This document shows positions 1 to 11,605 of a DNA stretch of 64,000 nucleotides, in pieces. The stretch is from contig CM082594.2 in NCBI GenBank assembly GCA_040954595.2, forward strand, positions 2,463,219-2,527,218. Direction: 5' to 3'. The notes under the pieces were generated by a model. That model made no database searches. It was not told the origin of the DNA and saw only the letters and a list, made by a program, of their open reading frames with translations. A program made the translations under genes and the position numbers. Source of the stretch: Balanoglossus misakiensis. Taxonomy: Eukaryota > Animalia > Hemichordata. Every line of letters starts with the position of its first letter. Within the stretch, counting starts at the first letter, position 1.

Positions 1-829
1 CCTTAGAAGAGGTGGTTGTAATGATTTGATTATAGCTGGATAGCGCTCAAACTTGTACGTCACTTCCGTTGTACATGTACAAAAACAAATGCTCAAAATA
101 AAACAAAATACTTGATTAATATCATTACGTTTGAAATACTTGATTAATATTATACTTTGAACGGGAAAAGTTTGACTGTTTTGTGATGTCAATAATACAC
201 GGAGTAATTGCAGGAATGATAACTGAAAACTTCAAAAGTGAAAACATTTACCCCCTGTACGTAAAGATACTTATGCTTGTGACCTCTAGACGAAATGCAT
301 ACTTCCTTACCAATTTGGTTTCCTCGAACAGCACAGACATATTTTAATATTTTATATCAAACAAAAGTAAACAAAACCGTAAAAAGAGAGAGACGTTGAC
401 TGACACACGTTGTGTAAGTTAGAAATATTGCTGGTACTTTGAATAGGCAGAAACCGGGCATGTCGATTATTTACTGTAACAGATCAAAGCTATCGTTGTC
501 CAACCAGGCTATGAAACCCTTTATCACATGAACTGGCCTTCATCACCACCTGTGTGACGTAGACCAGGACAGATCAAAAATCCAGATCACCCCTGTTCTA
601 CGTCATCAACCGGAACTATTTCCATGTTTCGCCGTAGCTTTGTTGTCAAACAGAAACAGTACATGTAGCGGCATTTAAAATACAGAAATGAAATAAAAAA
701 ATGACGGTTCCATGACAATATCGCTTTGTAAGCTCAAAACAGAAAGGTGGAATTTGGAAAGAAATCAGTCGACGCAACGATCATGGACGATCGTGGCTGT
801 CAAAGTTTTGGGTCAGGCACATAGCTAAT

Positions 830-931
830 CAATCTGATTAAAATCAGATGTAGGGAACGGCGACTTGTGTGAGGCGACAGACAGCATAAAAAACAAGTCG
901 CCGTTCCCTACATCTGATTTTAATCAGATTG
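830..931. mobile_element. 102-bp miniature inverted-repeat element with 39-bp TIRs and 9-bp TSD
   Basis: CAATCTGATTAAAATCAGATGTAGGGAACGGCGACTTGT at 830-868 is the reverse complement of 893-931. ATAGCTAAT flanks both sides (821-829 and 932-940). Confidence 0.85.
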
Positions 932-1146
932 ATAGCTAATAGGCTAGGCGCAAGTCCTGGTACGTTCCGAGTCGAATCAGTGTATGGAATAGTTTCGAGC
1001 CAGTTCAACGTGACGACTGAACCTCTATATTCAACCGGTCAACGAAATGTATAAGATGTGGCAAGAGGTCGCAGTAAAATTGTTAGAGAATCGATCACAT
1101 TTGTGTAAGGCCGAATTTCGAGCGAAGGGAACTGAACGGGACAACT

Positions 1147-1225
1147 TGTTGGGAGATTTTATGAATGATCAGCGATAGTTCAACATTTGCATACTATCGC
1201 TGATCATTCATAAAATCTCCCAACA
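1147..1225. repeat. Perfect 33-bp inverted repeat with 13-nt spacer
   Basis: TGTTGGGAGATTTTATGAATGATCAGCGATAGT (1147-1179) is the reverse complement of 1193-1225. No flanking TSD seen. Confidence 0.8.
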
Positions 1226-1359
1226 TATATCTCGTGGGGGGGGGGGGGGGGAATAATCCGGCTCAGTAAAATACGACGCCGCTCCAAAATTGTTGCAAGA
1301 TACTGATTTTTTTTTCCTGCCTCTTCTAACGAAAAATAAGAAGACTGTTCATGTGATAA

Positions 1360-1522
1360 ACATATAATCCCATGACTTTTTTCTTTGTTTAACGTCATCG
1401 TATACTCGTGGTTTTCGCGGAAGCGTACAACTTCTCACCTGCGGCTCGAAGTTGCACTGCTCCGCGAAAACCACTCGTATACGATGACGTCAAACAAAGA
1501 AAGATATCATGGGTTTATATGT
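1360..1522. mobile_element. Imperfect long palindrome resembling a non-autonomous Crypton-like element hairpin
   Basis: Arms ACATATAATCCCATGA...CGTCATCGTATAC...GGTTTTCGCGGA and TCCGCGAAAACC...GTATACGATGACG...TCATGGGTTTATATGT surround a CTCACCTGCGGCTCG loop. A similar loop occurs, reversed, at about 48250-48265. The family label is by recalled resemblance only. Confidence 0.5.
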
Positions 1523-2218
1523 AAGTATTCCGTCTATACGCAGACCTCTTATGTCATAAACAGCGAGAGAATGTAGTACAGCAATAGCAGACATCGATGT
1601 CCGGTATGCTTGCTTGAAATCTCAGTTCCAAATACATCTGGGATATTCATGTGATGCAGCTGGTGACTACTGCCGACTAAGGTTAGGAATTGCATGCTAT
1701 GATTCTACGAGTCTTTGTTTTTTCTTCTTATATTGACTCTCTCCAAGCCAATCATGGGGAAATCGACGGCCATAGCGGTGGTGAAAGCGACGGCGTAGCT
1801 GATGACAAATACGAAAAATCGAAGGTAAATTCTATGTAGCGAGTATTCTGTGAGTGACGATACAGGAACTAAAGCAAATGTGATCAAATTGTCATCTGTT
1901 GTCTTCAAGTACATTAACTGTCCTTCCTTGAAAATCACAAAATGATAAAGAAGATCAAGAATACACATTACTACCTCATCAGGACTAAGGCGATGAGGGC
2001 GTGTTTCTCATCTCCCGACCGACCGTAAATTTCAGCTCCGACATGAAAATAAAAAAACTGTTTTATTTACACCGACTCTGAGTCTGAGGCGATCATCCTA
2101 GCAACAGCGCCCCCAACGGCTAATTGTGAGATTTTGCAAATATGACGTCATATTCATCATGGCGGTCGTGTCAGACCATGGCTGAAGCCATCGAGGCCGG
2201 AGGAAAGACAAGAAATTA

Positions 2219-2471
2219 TATGCCCGATAAGGAAATTGAGAGCGTAGTACAGGCCTGCAGCTTCGGTGCTATGGCCAAGGGGGAAGATTTCTACCGGCGT
2301 GTGTGCGCGTGCTCAGACGGGCACGCTTTTACAGATGGAGCGACACATTTACGCAAAGGCGTGGTCGGCGATTGGAAAAGGCATTTCACAGTTGCACAGA
2401 ACGAAGCCTTTGACCGTGAAATTACAAGTAAACTGGAGAAATTTGGATTAAATTTGGTGTGTGAAATGTAG
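2219..2471 (+). pseudogene. 5'-truncated sulfotransferase copy (last 83 codons) joined to unrelated upstream sequence
   Basis: 2219-2471 matches 5667-5919 (MPDKEIE...[13 protein letters not shown]...CEM). The PKSGT and RNPKD motifs are absent, and sequence before 2219 is not SULT. Confidence 0.85.
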
Positions 2472-3368
2472 GATACAGAGCGTTGAAATTCGGGTCTGCC
2501 AATTTGGCGTTTTGATTTTCTTTCCAATTGACTTTGCATATTAATGTTGTCACTATTTTAGGCTTCATTCTTCTATAGGCATTCTCTAGCTTCAATTTTC
2601 GTTTATGATGTTCTTATGACGATGGTGGTGGTATTATTAATATATTTTGAAGAAATTTCGAGACAATTGTCGCTCTGTGCTGACAAGAAGAAAATAAAAA
2701 AATATTGATAAGTTTAATGGCGGGTGTTGTTATCTTCTGTGGCGACTACGCCGTGATGAAAGTGTGTTGTCGAGGTCAATAAACTCGGAATGTGCTGTAG
2801 CCTAAATAGTGAATTATCTGCCGAGGTCAGGCTGCATGAATGCGGGGTCGAATGCCTAGATGCAAACAAGCGTTTTAACTGTACTGCCCGTAGGGTTTGG
2901 AATCTAAATCGATACTTTTGTGGATTCCGATATGGTAATATCTATATTAACCTTTTTAAAAAAGAGACCGTTCAGACCCCCCCCCCCGAAAATAAACAAA
3001 CAAAAACAGCAACAACAACAAAACAACTGTCACGACTGAGTTTTAACGCTAATAGATCTTTTCTATGATTACGTAAGAAGTCATTCCCTTATATGGTTTT
3101 AGTCCAGTATTGACATAGGTTCTTGACCCAGAGTAAACAAGATTGTGTAATTGATACAGGAAAGTTGACACACTGTCCAGCCACTACCGGTATTGCGCAG
3201 TGGTTGCGCATGACGATCAATAATAGGAACGCGAAAATATCCTTTGCAGTGAATTCGTCGCCGTCTCTAGACAGAAGTTCCACACGCCGCGTGTAGCAAG
3301 ATGTATACAATGTACTAGAATATACTAGTACATAGTGAGTCTTGTTGTTGTCCACACGGCAGAAAAAA

Positions 3369-4139
3369 CATTCACAAACACCTCTGGAAGGGGGGGGGGC
3401 GGGAGAATTGAGGGGGGATTTGAAAAATTGAGGGTAAGTAAGGAGGGATTTGAAATAATTTAGGGACTGATAGGGGGACTTGAAAACTTTGACGACTAAA
3501 TATTTATTTTAAGTCCACAAAAATGCAGTTTCGCGCCCTTTATTTTACAAAATTTTCTAATGTGGGAGGGGGACACCCACCCCCTCCATTCATCAACACC
3601 TTTCAATCAATGACTGGTTTATCTAGTGTCCCAGGTCAGGGGACCTTCCCCCCACCCCATGATAACTTTGAACGGCGACGGTTAAATTTGTCCTCCCCAA
3701 CATACCGGTAGTTGACTTAATTTGCTTTTGGGTTCATTAAAATGCAGCTTTGAGCCCTGTTTTTTATAAAATTTTCTTACGTGGGAGGGGGACACCCCCT
3801 TCCAAACCCACCCCCTTCAATTCTCGGTTTACAATGTCTCCCAACACAGAATACAAATACTTACAAAAGAAAAACAATGTTCAGTTTTAATATCCACTGA
3901 TGAGGGGAAACATCAGTTTCAAATTATTTTCATAGGAGCGCCGTTTTTCTTTTTTTACAAGATAGATAGGTTATGTGTTTTGCTCTGTGAAAGAAAATGG
4001 GGGGGGGGATTTCAAAATTTTGGCAGTTCGGAAGTGGGGGGATTTGAAAATTTTTCGGGTTGTGTACGGGGGGCATGTGAAAATTAGCGGTAAAAAAATT
4101 GAATTCTCCCCCCCCCCAGAGGTGTTTGTGAATGCAGCC
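3369..4139. mobile_element. PIF/Harbinger-type MITE, left TIR clipped
   Basis: Same family as 17891-18659. Right end ...GGTGTTTGTGAATGCAGCC is followed by TAA; left end lacks the first 5 nt (GGCTG). Confidence 0.8.
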
Positions 4140-4989
4140 TAATTTGCCGGCATATTGAAATGTCACATTAGGCCTGGAAATCCACCATGCATGTTGTCGT
4201 ACTATGAAGTCCGCAGCTGCAGGATTATCGCCGTATCGACGCAGAGTAAGGAAATGTGACCCACGAATGTCAAGCTTTTTGCAAGAGAATGCACTATCAC
4301 TTCCGTGATGCGCGACAGTCCATGTCAACTCCCCACATCTGGGTATAGTGGGGGGGGGGGACTGGAAATTAGTCTAGTGAAATCTGCCAAATGCCCCACC
4401 CGTGGGGCAAGACAATCTGGATAATCCCCACCTAAAACAAGTAAATCTCTCACATTTCCCCAACCCCTAGACAAGCCCACTAGTCGCTTGGCGATTTTTA
4501 AATCTCAATACTTTTTGTGTTTTCGGTGGTTTTTTGTCTTAATAAATAACTGCAATACTTTTTGCGTGCATGCTTGCCTTGAGCGTGTTTTTGGCAGTGA
4601 GGTGAGTTTCGAATTTGGGACTGAGCTTGTGGTTTCGGGTAGCGTCGACCAAGCGAGTCTAAGGGCCTATGGGCCTACACATAGACTTGGAGCAAGTCTA
4701 CTCCACCCCATGCATTCGTTAATTCCGACACACTAAGACTTGTGGTTTGATGTTCTTTGTAATGCTAATTTTAGCCTTCGATAGACCACACAGTAGACAT
4801 GTAAATGGTGACGTTCGTGACCTATTTAGGCTATAGTAGCACATACCTTTGGGCGAGGGGACTGCATATTTCACTGAAGAATATATTTCCATCTTTCCAT
4901 CAATCCACGTACCAATCCATTCGTTCTTCCGTTCATCCATTTGTTCGTTCCTTAGTTCACTAACTCACTCACTCGTTCATTCATCAAAA

Positions 4990-5919
4990 ATGGCAAATGA
5001 GTGGCCAGGATTTTTCTACGATGGATTCTTCTTTATTGACTCCCTGCACGATAAGGACACTGTGAAAAAACACAGGCTGAATGACTGGGATATCAGAAGC
5101 GACGATATCGTCATCGCAACCTTTCCCAAATCAGGGACGTATTGGATGATCAACGCAGTGACAAAGATGTTTGGAGATATAAATTTACTGCTGCCGAAGA
5201 CCAAGAGTGCAGTCCGTCTCGATCAATTGTGCGAGAGTTCGGAGGATAAACCCGGCAGGTACGGAGACCAGACGAGGGCCTTGAAAATGTCTTTACATGA
5301 GATGCCTTCACCAAGGTTATTGTATTGTCACCTGCCCTTCCAATTCTATCCAACAGCATGGAAAGAAGGCCGCATGAAATGCAAGGTAATTTACATAACG
5401 AGAAACCCGAAAGATGTCTGTGTATCGTTCTACCATAATATGAAGGATATGAAGTTGTTTGGCATGAGAATGAGCTGGGAAAATTGGGTGCCCGCTTTTA
5501 TAGAGGGTAGAACGTGGTGTGGACCCTGGTTGGATCACGTGATCGCCTCAAGACGCCTGGTCGAGCAGTATGGCCAGCAAGAAGGAGTGCTGTACGTCAC
5601 CTATGAAGACATGAAAAAGGATCTGAAGTCTGTCTTGGCCCGAGTTGCTGACTTTCTAGATCGCCCTATGCCCGATAAGGAAATTGAGAGCGTAGTACAG
5701 GCCTGCAGCTTCGGTGCTATGGCCAAGGGTGAAGATTTCTACCGGCGTGTGTGCGCGTGCTCAGACGGGCACGCTTTTACAGATGGAGCGACACATTTAC
5801 GCAAAGGCGTGGTCGGCGATTGGAAAAGGCATTTCACAGTTGCACAGAACGAAGCCTTTGACCGTGAAATTACAAGTAAACTGGAGAAATTTGGATTAAA
5901 TTTGGTGTGTGAAATGTAG
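4990..5919 (+). CDS. Cytosolic sulfotransferase (Sulfotransfer_1 family), copy 1, 309 aa, intronless
   Basis: PAPS-binding motifs TFPKSGTYW and RNPKDVCVS, catalytic His in [17 protein letters not shown], and dimerisation motif [13 protein letters not shown] at 4990 in AAAATGG context. Confidence 0.93.
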   Translation: MANEWPGFFYDGFFFIDSLHDKDTVKKHRLNDWDIRSDDIVIATFPKSGTYWMINAVTKMFGDINLLLPKTKSAVRLDQLCESSEDKPGRYGDQTRALKMSLHEMPSPRLLYCHLPFQFYPTAWKEGRMKCKVIYITRNPKDVCVSFYHNMKDMKLFGMRMSWENWVPAFIEGRTWCGPWLDHVIASRRLVEQYGQQEGVLYVTYEDMKKDLKSVLARVADFLDRPMPDKEIESVVQACSFGAMAKGEDFYRRVCACSDGHAFTDGATHLRKGVVGDWKRHFTVAQNEAFDREITSKLEKFGLNLVCEM

Positions 5920-6814
5920 GATACAGAGCGTTGAAATTCGGGTCTGCCAATTTGGCGTTTTGATTTTCTTTCCAATTGACTTTGCATATTAATGTTGTCA
6001 CTATTTTAGGCTTCATTCTTCTATAGGCATTCTCTAGCTTCAATTTTCGTTTATGATGTTCTTATGACGATGGTGGTGGTATTATTAATATATTTTGAAG
6101 AAATTTCGAGACAATTGTCGCTCTGTGCTGACAAGAAGAAATTAAAAAAATATTGATATGTTTAATGGCGGGTGTTGTTATCTTCTGTGGCGACTACGCC
6201 GTGATGAAAGTGTGTTGTCGAGGTCAATAAACTCGGAATGTGCTGTAGCCTAAATAGTGAATTATCTGCCGAGGTCAGGCTGCATGAATGCGGGGTCGAA
6301 TGCCTAGATGCAAACAAGCGTTTTAACTGTACTGCCCGTAGGGTTTGGAATCTAAATCGATACTTTTGTGGATTCCGATATGGTAATATCTATATTAACC
6401 TTTTTAAAAAAGAGACCGTTCAGACCCCCCCCCGAAAATAAACAAACAAAAACAGCAACAACAACAAAACAACTGTCACGACTGAGTTTTAACGCTCATA
6501 GATCTTTTCTATGATTACGTAAGAAGTCATTCCCTTATATGGTTTTAGTCCAGTATTGACATAGGTTCTTGACCCAGAGTAAACAAGATTGTGTAATTGA
6601 TACAGGAAAGTTGACACACTGTCCAGCCACTACCGGTATTACGCAGTGGTTGCGCATGACGATCAATAATAGGAACGCGAAAATATCCTTTGCAGTGAAT
6701 TCGTCGCCCTCTCTAGACAGAAGTTCCACACGCCGCGTGTAGCAAGATGTATACAATGTACTAGAATATACTAGTACATAGTGAGTCTTGTTGTTGTCCA
6801 CACGGCAGAAAAAA

Positions 6815-7567
6815 CATTCACAAACACCTCTGGAAGGGGGGGGGGCGGGAGAATTGAGGGGGGATTTGAAAAATTGAGGGTAAGTAAGGAGGGATTTGAA
6901 ATAATTTAGGGACTGATAGGGGGACTTGAAAACTTTGACGACTTAATATTTATTTTAAGTCCACAAAAATGCAGTTTCGCGCCCTTTATTTTACAAACCC
7001 CCTCCCACACCCACCCCCTCCATTCATCAACACCTTTCAATCAATGACTGGTTTATCTAGTGTCCCAGGTCAGGGGACCTTCCCCCCACCCCATGATAAC
7101 TTTGAACGGCGACGGTTAAATTTGTCCTCCCCAACATACCGGTAGTTGACTTAATTTGCTTTTGGGTTCATTAAAATGCAGCTTTGAGCTCTGTTTTTTA
7201 TAAAATTTTCTTACGTGGGAGGGGGACACCCCCTTCCAAACCCACCCCCTTCAATTCTCGGTTTACAATGTCTCCCAACACAGAATACAAATACTTACAA
7301 AAGAAAAACAATGTTCAGTTTTAATATCCACTGATGAGGGGAAACATCAGTTTCAAATTATTTTCATAGGAGCGCCGTTTTTCTTTTTTTACAAGATAGA
7401 TAGGTTATGTGTTTTGCTCTGTGAAAGAAAATGGGGGGGGGGGATTTCAAAATTTTGGCAGTTCGGAAGTGGGGGGATTTTTTCGGGTTGTGTACAGGGG
7501 GCATGTGAAAATTAGCGGTAAAAAATTGAATTCTCCCCCCCCCCCAGAGGTGTTTGTGAATGCAGCC
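6815..7567. mobile_element. PIF/Harbinger-type MITE, duplicate of 3369-4139
   Basis: Same ends and flanks as 3369-4139, with small internal deletions. Confidence 0.8.
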
Positions 7568-8359
7568 TAATTTGCCGGCATATTGAAATGTCACATTAGG
7601 CCTGGAAATCCACCATGCATGTTGTCGTACTATGAAGTCCGCAGCTGCAGGATTATCGCCGTATCGACGCAGAGTAAGGAAATGTGACCCACGAATGTCA
7701 AGCTTTTTGCAAGAGAATGCACTATCACTTCCGTGATGCGCGACAGTCCATGTCAACTCCCCACATCTGGGTTTAGGGGGGGGACTGGAAATTAGTCCAG
7801 TATTGACATAGGTACTTGACCCAGAGTAAACAAGATTGTGTAATTGATACATGTCAGGACGAGATAGAAGTCGCTTGCACACGTGCAATGATTAGGGCGC
7901 CCTTTTTTGGATTATAAAAGTTGGTAAACATTTCTTATCAGCGACTCAAATAGTTTTGCATTCACATGTGTATAAAAGGGACGGGATCACCGCACTCGGA
8001 CATTTATGCAAATTAGGTTCAAATAGGCTTCATGGTGCGATTGAAAATCAAGGACACATTTCGCCACTTGTCCCATTTGTTGTTCCACATCAAATAAATG
8101 GAAGATCCGAGAAAATCCACACTTTTCCAGTTTTTGTACAGTCATCCTATAAGTATAAGCGCTTCTACGGTACCGCCTGTGAGTCTTACAGCTTTGAAAC
8201 CAGTGCGTAATATACTAGTAGCATGACTCCATGCTAGTAGTAAAAGCATACCGGGATGTGGCTTTGAGTTGGTCCCTTGGGACAAAGACGTTTTTAATTT
8301 ATTCACGCACAGGGATGTATTTTTAGCCAGACAATGGCAAGACCTAGTTGCCTAGCAAT

Positions 8360-10173
8360 CAGTCAGATCGCACGGTGCTCATTTGCATATGAAAGTTCGT
8401 CAAGCCAGCGACCGTTAATTTTCAAACAGACGGCAATAGGCCAGTTTTCAAGGTGATTTTCAACTTGATTTTTACACTCCGTGGTACAATAAAATACCAT
8501 GCTAGCTCGATAAATTTCGAAAGTGATTCATATTTTGCACTTCAGACGTAAATTTTATGAGAATCTGTCGGTAATAGTAGTAGTTTTTAGCGTGTTTTCG
8601 GTGGTATGTTGGTGACCTCGGAAGAGACGTCCACAAACGTGCCAAAAATCATTTGAAGACGACCTCGGAAGTTAACCAAGTTTTCGTGACAGATAGGTCT
8701 AATATCGGTCCCAACATCCGTGAAAAGAAATTAACTCGAAATGCTTGTGTAACGGTCAGCTTAAAAATAATCGATGTAGTTCGACGATATGACCCGGAAG
8801 TATAGGCCCTACGTTGACCTCTCCATGTTAGGCTTGTAAATACGGAAGTGTTGCGTTGCTCGTGAAACGACACGTTTATCGTGGGGAAAAGTTTCTAAAA
8901 GGCACTTGTCAAGTAAAAGTTACTGGATAGTGTATAACACTCTAAGGTAACATATCAGCCAAGTTTTAACTTAATTACTGGCCTGATTTCGACACAACAT
9001 CGATCAATCGCACGAGTGCCGCGCCCGGGTGCTCCACACCGTTCGCCTACATTGGGCTACAAACAAATATTTGATTACCCATGCACAGAATGCCAGGTTT
9101 TCCGTTCGTGAGGAGCTCAGCTGACGTATTTTGTATATATTTTTTTCTCCGCATCGTGGGATATAAGTAGACTTTTCGAAAATGCCAAGTGTAACTTCGA
9201 AACCACTTCCCTTTATTCGCCGATGAATTAATACAACATTTGTGTCTGAAGGCGAGCGATTTGTCATCATTGCATTGGGTCGATAAATAATAATAATAGT
9301 AATTTATTTATTAAACAGTGTTCAAAATACTACTACAAAATACAGGATAAAGAGTTAAAAATACAACAAAATACAGAATAAATTGTCAACTCAGACAGCT
9401 AAAATAAAACAGTCAACTGCAACACCACCACCACAAAAATCAGTCTTCATCAATCTGAAAGAACAATAAAATTAAAAAAAGTGAGTTTCCTTGACGGGCA
9501 AACCTTCATAAAATAATTGTTAGGGTTTAGTAAAACTCGGGATTACATATCAGCAATCAAAATTTCTTCGCACGAGAGAGGAGGGAAAACTACGCAGCTG
9601 GTACAACCCAGGATCAAGCCTGCGCCAGCGTATATACGTACACATGCATGCTGTCTTCTCCCGCCATTTTGCAGAAGAAGTGGCGCTCACGGGTTGAAAA
9701 GTAAACAAAATGGCGCTCACAGGTTGAAAGGTAAACAAAATTGAACTGGTCATATCGTCACTATCAAAGCTTGGAAGTGAATGAAAACTCAAAGAGAGGG
9801 AGTTTGATGTCTATATTTTGATAAAAGTTTGAAATTTCGTGGTAAAATCCATGTGTAACGGTCAGCTTAAAAATAATCGAGAGGATGTCAACGCTATGTG
9901 TTTTTTCACAGTCGTCAGAAATTTCGTGATTACAAAGAAACTACTCGACAGAAGTTGCCAAAAAATCATTCAGTAACAATCCAGTATACCTACCTTCAAG
10001 TGAATCCACGGTTTTGTCTTAAAATAATCCACATCGCCTGAAAACAGCTCTATAATATCGAGTAAAAAAATGGCCTATTTCGCGACCCTTCAGCGGGGCC
10101 TACTCTAACGGCTACATGGTTTGAAGTACTTTCTTCATTTGCATATGTTAATGAATGCCGTGCGATCTGACTG
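8360..10173. mobile_element. 1.8-kb non-autonomous DNA transposon, CAGTC termini, 5-bp TSD
   Basis: CAGTCAGATCGCACGG (8360-8375) is inverted at CCGTGCGATCTGACTG (10158-10173). TSD GCAAT at 8355-8359 and 10174-10178. No transposase ORF. Confidence 0.75.
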
Positions 10174-11385
10174 GCAATTATCACCGTGAACTTTGCTACA
10201 AGTTTCACTACCACTTCCACTGGGCGTCTCAATTTTTTCAGCAGAGCCCCAGCTGCAGTAAGTTCCGACTACCTCAAGGCTTTGCCTGTAGGTTTTGGGG
10301 CTCCTCATTTTACTGATGACCATCAGCAACAAGGCAAATTGACCGTTGACTAAGCAAGGTGCTAAACATCGCTCTTTTCAGAGGGGTAATTTTACATGCA
10401 AGCTCATTAGAAACTGCCACTTGTATCCCCTCAAACCGCGTCGGAAGAGTGCGTTTAGATCGGCGTTTAGTGCGGTGTTTCTGTTCACACGTGATTTGAA
10501 TCGCTGTTTAGTGCGGCGCCCCGACCCAGGTCCCACCCCTCAACACCGTCACAAAAAAAGAGCGGCGCAGGGCCGCTCTCACCTTTTCACACGTGGCACT
10601 TACAAATTAACGCCGCCCTAGCGCCGCCGCTGGGGCGGCGTTGACGGCACGTGAGAAAAGGGTTAGAGATATCACGCGCTAAGTTCATGTTTAAGAAATA
10701 TTAAGATGACGTGTTCCTTTGATGACTTAATACTTGACTATAAACGTATTAATAAGAGGTGGTGAAATTTGAGATCACACGTTTATAACCGGAGATCCGT
10801 GATGGGAGTCAACGAGCATGGATCGAGTCGTGTAATTCTTACGTGTGACCAGTAATAAACCAGAACTTTGTGTTACTCGGAAAACTTGTTGCAAGTCTCT
10901 GTCTACGAAAGGTTTACGATCTGCCGGGTACCTCTCTCGGACTCTATGAATATGTTGGGTGGAGAAGGAGATGGAGAGAATTTACACTCTCACCCTTCGG
11001 ACGTGGCTCAATCCACACAGAAGCCGATGAGGTCAACGTCCGAAGGATGGAGGGGCGTAACACAACAAACAAATGGAATTCCAAATGGAAATGTAACAAG
11101 CAAGAAGTGGGTGTAAGGTCATGTGCGCAGCCGACCCGGACCAAGTCTTGCTGATCGGACAATGGTACGAGATTAAATTACAGAAAAAAGGCTTCTAATA
11201 GAGAACGTAAGAAAACATTAAATTAATTTCTTTATTACATGTAAGAAAACAATGGTTAATTTTGTAAACAACCCGGAAATGTGTTTACAGGAAACGCTGT
11301 TTTTTAGAGGGTGTGCACTGTAAATATTGGCATTTCCGTTCCGGACTTCCGGTTTCCTTCCAACTCGTGTACAAAGGTCATGCAC

Positions 11386-11437
<52 letters not shown>
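11386..11437. repeat. (GATT)n microsatellite, also at about 24656-24720, 36407-36463 and 47724-47788
   Basis: Direct reading; repeat number varies between units. Confidence 0.9.
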
Positions 11438-11438
<1 letters not shown>

Positions 11439-11605
11439 CAGCTTGAGAATCTTGCTGCAATATGGATGCTGCCCGTGGCATTGGGGTTCGGCCACTCTAC
11501 TAACACGGCGAACACGGAATCCATTATGTTCGCCTTTTGCGTGTGTGCAGTAGAAGTCACCATTGCCAGCAGGAGAAAGCTGATGAAGGTTGCTACCTTC
11601 GCCAT
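11438..11605 (-). CDS. 55-aa ORF with predicted signal peptide, unit 1
   Basis: MAKVATFISFLLLAMVTSTAHTQKANIMDSVFAVLVEWPNPNATGSIHIAARFSS; GCCATGG start context; below the ORF-track length cutoff. Confidence 0.45.

Larger units (their letters stand above)
2219..7796. repeat. Local direct duplication, about 2219-4375 vs 5667-7796 (SULT 3' end, 3' flank, MITE)
   Basis: Near-identical sequence at an offset of about 3448 bp; the same short ORFs recur in the ORF track. Confidence 0.9.

Noticed and set aside
1750-1824. Possible plus-strand exon (AG...NHGEIDGHSGGESDGVADDKYEKSK...GT)
   Set aside because: No recognisable domain or partner exons; the splice signals could be chance.
9680-9742. 30-bp tandem pair, and the 8-mer arrays at 24084, 35835 and 47151, as CRISPR-like repeats
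   Set aside because: No unique spacers or cas genes, and the context is eukaryotic; these are simple tandem repeats.
10430-10665. Harbinger-like right end (CACGTGAGAAAAGGG-TTA) with GGCG-rich repeats
   Set aside because: No matching left end or TSD found, so the boundaries are unsupported.
10870-11154. 94-aa ORF spanning the first unit boundary
   Set aside because: Non-ATG start, no recognisable motif, and only its 3' half is present in other units.
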